A stretch of DNA of 50,981 nucleotides, filler included, from Sphacelaria rigidula (taxonomy: Eukaryota): the NCBI GenBank assembly GCA_964200075.2. It is 3 parts of 3 records of this genome, joined end to end, with 100 filler letters (N's around TTAATTAATTAA, not from the genome) between each part and the next. Parts side by side here need not be neighbours in the genome. Positions count along the whole stretch, not along the records: positions 34,058 to 50,981 come from CAXNAA020001215.1; 2 more parts are not named here. The stretch is one strand, 5' to 3'. The position numbers and the translations under genes are program-made. Of this stretch, positions 45,601-50,981 are shown in pieces. Position 1 is the stretch's first letter, and each line of letters begins with the position of its first letter. A model generated the notes under the pieces. That model worked only from the letters and a program-made list of their open reading frames with translations. It made no database searches and was not told where the DNA came from.

Positions 45601-48140
45601 TTTTCACAACCGACGCCCACTTCGAGATTACTTTTTGTCCGTGGCACGACCTGTGCCCCGCACATTACCCCCCGTATCATGGGTGCTGCTTACTTCGAGG
45701 ATGCGTCCCGCATTAGCGCAGGTTTTCCGCTGTGCACTGTACTGCGGCCTGAAAGGTGTATCCCAGCGTACGAAGAATGTGCGACTGTTGTAAGTCATGT
45801 CTCGCGGTACCCAGGTCCCTTGCCCATGACAAAATGAATGTACCAGCACCAAGCCGACGCGTCACAGTACAGTAGAGAGCTTGCTTCGCTGCAATACACT
45901 CCCTGGGAACCTAACGGATGCCGATCGTGCTGGTGCGAACAATTCAGTGGGAGGCAATGGAAGGATCCTTCTCACTTCACTATTACTACAACCCCAAGAC
46001 GTACGTGATGCAATGGATCAAGCCAGCGGAAGCCGTCGTGTGCGGGGTGAGGCAATACAACGTGAAGAGGCCATCCTTCATGCACTAAATACGTTTTTTC
46101 TTTTGTCGGGCGTGTGAATGCTTAGCGGTGGGGGTAGTAACAGCGGACCCTTTTCCTTATCGACCATAAAGTCGAATTTCGTGTACTCACAACATAGTCA
46201 CTCTCCTCGCTGGGCATGACGTGAGAAAAAGTTCCAGATCGTGTGATTACACCGAGCCTCGAACTGACGACCGAACGGTCGGAAGGTTCCGAGGTTACCA
46301 ACTGAGCCTCATTCTGTTGTAGTAAGTGTCAGTACGATGCACTGCTCTAGTGGCTTCCTATACATACATCATGGTGCTACAATAGATGTCTCACCGTACA
46401 TGAGACGTGCCAGTTGAAGGAGACTCTTTTCTTTGAGGTGATCGCTAAAGCTCAAGCGTGAAGATGCCGTGGCTCACACGACAGAGGGAAGAAGTGAACT
46501 CAAAGGTCGCGTATGCATAACCTCGTCGTGAGGGATGCGGACGACGACACAGCTATCGACCTCCCTGTCGCCGACAAGACCGTGTCGACAACCAACAGTT
46601 AGCGTAATACAACCTTCGGTTTTCAGCGGCAACCGTCTTCAAATCTCCTCCGTGCTTGAGGCACGTAGAAACTAACATTGAGAAAACTCCGTTCCTTGAT
46701 TACTTCGAGGGTCTCAGGATGTAGGTAATCATTAAGGTACGAGGTAAACCGGGCACTCTGCAGTTACGGATATCGCTGACTTGTTATGTGCAGGTTGGCT
46801 GGTGAAAGTGGATTTGTCAAGGCGCCAAGTGACGGCGTGATACTGGTGGCGTGTATAGTACAGTCGGTTTTGAGGCTTTCCCCCCCCTGCTAACAAGTAG
46901 CGCGATTCCTTTGTCGCATGACGCGTTACCGCAGGCCTGTGATGTCCAATTCTGTACTCGGTGGTGCAATCGAGACGCCAAGGCATACTGCGAGAGCTGC
47001 TACTATGCCAGACACTTCTCCTCCGATCAGCCATCGACTGGGGTAAGAATGAAGTTGGCACAGACGGCCGTGAAAATCGTCCCCAACAAATGCCGGGGTA
47101 CGCGATGAATATCGCTCAAATGCGATGAACTCGGCAACCGGTGCTACTTGGCCCCGACACGTATGTCTTTGGAACGGTCTTGCAGCCGTTTGTCTGTGAT
47201 GCGGTATTCGAGTATCCATGAGGAGTACAGCCATCCATGATGTGCACGCCCAGCCGAAAAGCACACTGTCAACACCACGCAGAAAGTCGTTTGCATATTG
47301 GCCGCCCACAACGCGCCGCCCCAATCTCTGTGATGCCATGATTCAATTCCGCAGGAGTTGACGTACAAGGAGCTGGACGGGGCGGTGACAGGCTCGGCAG
47401 ATATGGTCACGTTTGAGTACATCGCAGAGAACCCGGACATAGTCGTGGAGACTTTTCAATACCCTGGAAACGAGGTGGTATCACACGTGCAAACAGGCCT
47501 TGGATACTATTCTGCCGGAGCTACTGAACTCCCCACGGTCGGTTTGCGATCAACAGCAACAGTGGGTCATGGGTCTGGTCAGTTTACTGTGACTACAGCA
47601 GATTTAGGGCAGCAGCAAGGTGGGAAAGACGACCAAGGGGTAATGATAGAGAATCACTCCTCTGAGATATACGAGTACTTGCAATCTCAGGATGGATCGT
47701 ATTTTTCCTACGACGGAGCAGAACAAGGGGGCGATCAAGCGTTGCTCGATGCAGGAGCTGTAGATGAAGGTAGAACGGAGCTTGTAGAGGCACAAGGGGA
47801 ACAATGGGACCAACACGAGTTGGAGTTGGGCATAGAGACTGGAGAGACGATTGCTGCTGCCAAACAAGATGGGTCTTCGGAGAGGGAAGACTGCGATCCT
47901 GGTGTGCTCGAATTCGACGAGGGCTTCGAAGCTAATCGTAGTTACCCTGGCCAAGCAGGAGCGTTGACCAGCGCTACTATTAGCAGGAACGAATATACCG
48001 AAGGTGGTGACGTACAGGCGCCGTTGGGCGCAGTAGGGGGGGAGGATGGTTCGGACTCATTGGATGGGGTTGTTCGCGAAGTTGGTCATAGTCAGAGCCC
48101 TCTAACAGGTGCCGCGTCATATGGCTTTGAAACACTGTAA
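34841..48140 (+). CDS. Multi-exon gene (5' incomplete): IQ calmodulin-binding motifs, coiled coil, two WW domains, B-box-type zinc finger, acidic low-complexity C-terminus
   Basis: Phase-compatible exon chain: 34841-34955, 35739-35777, 36360-36406, 36976-37090, 37880-38029, 38987-39064, 39391-39534, 40587-40720, 42127-42277, 43829-43984, 45948-46046, 46935-47042, 47355-48140. Confidence 0.85.
35290..35523 (+). mobile_element. Probable LINE/SINE 3' end with (GGAAA)n tail
   Basis: AATAAA-containing segment followed by ~8 GGAAA units; single copy in this window. Confidence 0.45.
35739..35777 (+). CDS. IQ/WW/B-box gene, putative micro-exon
   Basis: CAG|KERGNDEILFTPQ|GTAATT; phase 0, joins the next exon as FTPQ-EYFDRE. 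Confidence 0.45.
36360..36406 (+). CDS. IQ/WW/B-box gene exon
   Basis: CAG|EYFDREMSLVDEEVE+AT|GTAAGT; phase 2, completed by the next exon. Confidence 0.7.
36976..37090 (+). CDS. IQ/WW/B-box gene exon (IQ motif)
   Basis: CAG acceptor; LEYRRREQAASKLQHVWRARRNARLFQEEKVRRIRMHE; GAG|GT donor. Confidence 0.75.
37416..37491 (+). mobile_element. 5'-truncated LINE 3' end with C-tail (intronic)
   Basis: CCGTCTCGAAAGAGATCCGTGGTCAATGGTCAAGCGACTAAGGCAAGCAACAAATGAGTAA+C10, preceded by CCTCCCCTCCCCTG. Confidence 0.75.
37880..38029 (+). CDS. IQ/WW/B-box gene exon (coiled coil)
   Basis: TAG|AKAEMDKMLDAQAREVELYKRELSAWYKQRRKDQEATRVTEEQTVEAKRK|GTAAAA; 150 nt; not present in the ORF track in this frame. Confidence 0.8.
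38987..39064 (+). CDS. IQ/WW/B-box gene exon (coiled coil)
   Basis: CAG|IMLYRRRERDRIAAEAKKRRREAEEK; donor is either GC at 39065 or GT at 39069. Confidence 0.75.
39391..39534 (+). CDS. IQ/WW/B-box gene exon
   Basis: CAG|SEERRIEAWQKSWADKAEDRAMALRKTLEAVLLHPDTAPEKALQRKLK|GTGACG. Confidence 0.78.
40587..40720 (+). CDS. IQ/WW/B-box gene exon
   Basis: TTTCAG|AEIEARKKEVLKMADKIEADLEAPEALNIARGDVLATKMEEERG+AG|GTATGC; phase 2. Confidence 0.82.
42127..42277 (+). CDS. IQ/WW/B-box gene exon (IQ-like motif)
   Basis: CAG|G+VDQEMKAAATAYLEAEAQDKAKKQERMSKWRDSVEDAAARVIQQMYYVYS|GTGAGT. Confidence 0.85.
42595..42684 (+). repeat. Probable retroposon 3' end with (CAAT)n tail
   Basis: (CAAT)n at 42649-42683 preceded by a small hairpin GGACCCCTGGGGTGTCC. 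Confidence 0.5.
43442..43628. mobile_element. Tourist-like (PIF/Harbinger) MITE, 187-bp near-complete hairpin
   Basis: TTA|GGCCCTG...CAGGGCC|TTA; arms include the perfect TTTCGATCGAAATTGTGCGGTGGAAAA. Confidence 0.9.
43829..43984 (+). CDS. IQ/WW/B-box gene exon (WW-like domain 1)
   Basis: CAG|AIRAIQKRAKEVYTKHFDVENLAYYWYNNQIGTFMWEKPGGLGAWDVDPEDR|GTAAGA; YYxN..WEKP signature. Confidence 0.87.
45948..46046 (+). CDS. IQ/WW/B-box gene exon (WW domain 2)
   Basis: CAG|WEAMEGSFSLHYYYNPKTYVMQWIKPAEAVVCG|GTGAGG; W..YYYN..T...QW.KP signature. Confidence 0.85.
46145..46308 (-). mobile_element. Partial tRNA-derived SINE (same family as 29417-29785)
   Basis: AGTCGAATTT..TGTACTCA..ACATA.TC.CTCTCC..TGGGCATG and CGAGGTT.CCAA.TGAGCC are shared. 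Confidence 0.7.
46935..47042 (+). CDS. IQ/WW/B-box gene exon (B-box-type zinc finger)
   Basis: CAG|ACDVQFCTRWCNRDAKAYCESCYYARHFSSDQPSTG|GTAAGA; with the previous exon gives CxxC-x7-CxxD-x4-CxxC-x4-H. Confidence 0.85.
47355..48140 (+). CDS. IQ/WW/B-box gene last exon (acidic, Gly/Gln-rich, probably disordered tail)
   Basis: CCGCAG acceptor, open for 261 codons to TAA (the ORF track's 47358..48140). Confidence 0.82.
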   Translation, partial: ELTYKELDGAVTGSADMVTFEYIAENPDIVVETFQYPGNEVVSHVQTGLGYYSAGATELPTVGLRSTATVGHGSGQFTVTTADLGQQQGGKDDQGVMIENHSSEIYEYLQSQDGSYFSYDGAEQGGDQALLDAGAVDEGRTELVEAQGEQWDQHELELGIETGETIAAAKQDGSSEREDCDPGVLEFDEGFEANRSYPGQAGALTSATISRNEYTEGGDVQAPLGAVGGEDGSDSLDGVVREVGHSQSPLTGAASYGFETL

Positions 48141-50981
48141 AGTGTGTTGACGCGGGTATCGTGGTTAGCCTCGTCCTTGATGCCTAGTGCACTAAATCGC
48201 GAGGGTTTGTGAACGGATACGAGTCTGTTGTGCCCCCAACGTAAGGCTACAATGGTTTCTCTGTTTATGGATCGGCGCTGGCTTCGTACATGGACCTACA
48301 GCGCTGGTGTCCTCCTGGTGCCCTAGTTATTTCTTTTCTCGAGCCTCGGGTTTTTGCTTTTCCCTACCTAGATCATGTTCTCTTTTATTTTTAATTTTTT
48401 GCATCTCGCCACCGCTTTGGCCGAGAATTTGGTTGTGGATGGTGTTCGTACTTGATTTTCGTTTCAGTAGGCAGCATCTCTTGCGCCACATGATATGGCG
48501 CGAGTCTGGGGGTCGTTTCTTGTCGGGATTCCATCGGCTAGTAACAATATTTTGCCAGAGTGAGATCCTATACCAAATGATTGACAGTGGGCTCTTGATT
48601 GGAACACGTTGTTTTTATTCCTTCCATTCATGGACGAGACGCTGGCATGTCTGGATGTCAAGTGTGATGATGTCGATTCAACAGATCACCTACCCTCACG
48701 GTCAAAGGGTCGATACGAATGACGTTGCGCAACATGTTTTGATTTGGAGTTGCTATTTGTACGGAAAATAGTAGAGAACGATACATTTTGTTGAACGGAA
48801 ACTAAAAAAGTGAGAATGAGGCCATCGACCATGGGAACACTTCTCTCATTAATGCACCGCTGCACATTTAGTAGGTTCCGATTATACGCCGCACATGATG
48901 GCATACATTCCAAACTATTCCTCCCGAGTAATACGTTGAATACGGTTATGGGGTAGGAACCCGTCGCGATTTCCAAGAACCGACTGTTGGCGTTTGTTGG
49001 CGTTCGGATTATATATCCAACGACTAAATCTTCGGAATACGGACAATGTTGGCCCCTTGACCGCCAGAGTTCGCATTCTGGATCACGCAATAACTCTCCA
49101 AGTGGGAATGAAATTCTACAAACGGACACCTTCGGCGGTAAATGTCCACTTGTGGGATCGGCATCATTTCGACTTATTTTTCAAGTGAAGATGGGCTGAA
49201 AAGCTCACTCTCGGTTAAATGCTAAACACTCAATCTCGCGAAATGGTTGTTTCATTTTGGTCAGCCTGTCGATGTGGCGCTGGGCAACAGACTGCCGCTT
49301 CAATCCGCTGAGGTCGTAGCGTGTTCCGGCTCTCATGCTACCTGCAGCGGTGAGTAAGTATATCACTCCTGCTCTGCGTCGTACAGGTCTCGTGATCCTG
49401 CTCAGAGGAGGATATTCCAAGCAGGGGTGAAGATTCCTCCTGCGTTCTCTGGCAGGAAAAGCAGACACACAGTCAACGAAAAGGCTTGCCGATCTTTCTC
49501 GGAATGTGAAAGTCCCGTGCTCGTTTCTGCGAGCCGCCATCTCGCGGCAATCTCCGACGGTTGTGATTATAAGGTATATGAAGATCTTGTTCCACAAAAA
49601 TATAGTGTACATGCTATCGGCGAAGAACCGCAATGACGCGAAAGATTGGAGATCTCAGCATTGGCGCTACTATGTAAGAGACAAAACGGTTGTTGAGCTT
49701 CGTCGTCAAGTGGAATGTCTCACAATCATCTGTCGCAGTGCCTACACTCCCGCGTTTGTCGAAATTTCCCCGCAAGTACATGCCTCGCCAGGTTTCCAAG
49801 TTTTATTTCTTTCTTCCTTCATCGATTCGATGGTGACGATTCAGTGTATGGGTCAGGTTGGGATGGTTTCCCGAATGTTTTCTAGTAGAAAACAAATGGC
49901 TGCAGACTGGTTCACGTGTGAAATCAACAGCGAGTTCCCCAACCAACGCGGCTGTTCTTCTGGCCTTGTTTTCGAGGAATCAATCAAATGCGGCCTTGAC
50001 ATGTACGGGCGCCCCTTTTGACAATAGCCGACTCGACCCAACTCGTCTCGAGGTGAAGCGGATATGTATAATAATATGTACATGTATCATTCCACATTTT
50101 TCACCGCTTTTGCCGCGTTTTCTCTGGCGGAAAGGCATTTTCCCCCACGCTTTCTTTTGCAGAGCACGCACTGAGAAGGCTCAGCGGTACACTATCGTTC
50201 AGGTTTGGGCGTCATCTGATACCTGTGGCGCGTGCTCTGGCCACCAAAAGCCGCTCAAACTGGCCCTTTTGCGCGTGGTGTCGATTCCGAACCACAAAAG
50301 CCTCTTCAAGATCATGGAAAACTTGAAACAGGAACCCGAACCACAAAAGCCTTCCGAAGATCATGCAAAACTTGAAACAGGATTACTTTTGGCGGGGTAT
50401 TTCTCCCCCGTGTTTCTCTTTGTCGCGTTCTCGTTCATGTGGGAGCACGAACACATCGGTTATGTCGCCAATGTCACGAGGATATGAGAGCACAATAGCT
50501 GAAAACAATTTAACAGTGCCTTAGCCTTAGTTATCAGCAAACACAAGACGTGCAATGGGCCGTTGGCGAGTCGAACAAGGCACAGCAGCACGGCAGCACA
50601 TCTGCCGCAAAACAATCACCCTGTTTAAAAAAAAAGGCCCGGTGATGTGGAAGGCACAGTGATGTACACAGAAGATACCAAGAATGTTCCATGCAATTGT
50701 CATGGTACGATACTTGCGACCTGGGTAAGAAGATGCCAGTTCAGTGGGCACCAGGGCTAGCAGACCCGAACACAGTCTAAGTATCGAAACCATTGAGTTC
50801 GATATTGTCGAGTGGGAGTCAACCACCGCATCAGTGGTCAAAGTGGAAGGCCATGAACCGCGCAGGCTGCAGCACAACATGTGCTGCATGAAGGTCAGGC
50901 TTACATTGTGTGAAGACCAGAGAATCCTCTGAAATAGCAGTCCATGGATGGCGTAGATGCTCTTGTATTATTGGCGTACAG

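Overview
Eukaryotic, intron-rich, transposon-saturated DNA. The GC-rich short exons, kb-sized introns, TTAGGG-type repeats and an IQ/WW/B-box protein architecture suggest a stramenopile, probably a brown alga (inference). The window is probably not one locus. Two identical 100-nt linkers (N44-TTAATTAATTAA-N44 at 16931-17030 and 33958-34057) join three pieces of 16930, 16927 and 16924 nt, consistent with size-sorted unplaced contigs, so adjacency across the gaps should not be interpreted. Contig 1 holds the last two exons of an insulysin/pitrilysin (M16A) peptidase gene on the minus strand, plus nested MITEs with hAT, Harbinger/Tourist, Sola-like and piggyBac-like signatures and LINE fragments. 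Contig 2 has no intact gene: it carries a decayed DDE-transposase-like region, three Ulp1/C48-protease-like remnants linked to a TACCGG-ended TIR family, and an old ~1 kb-arm fold-back whose left arm is split by two later insertions. Contig 3 holds a 5'-incomplete, ~13-exon plus-strand gene (IQ motifs, coiled coil, 2 WW, B-box, acidic tail). The most unusual signals are a LINE family ending in C-tracts instead of poly(A), the head-to-head fold-back with a conserved HExxH frame, the TACCGG-TIR/Ulp1 family, a MITE inside a (TGA)n microsatellite and a telomere-repeat-bearing interspersed element. Most listed six-frame ORFs look spurious. All alignments were done by eye.
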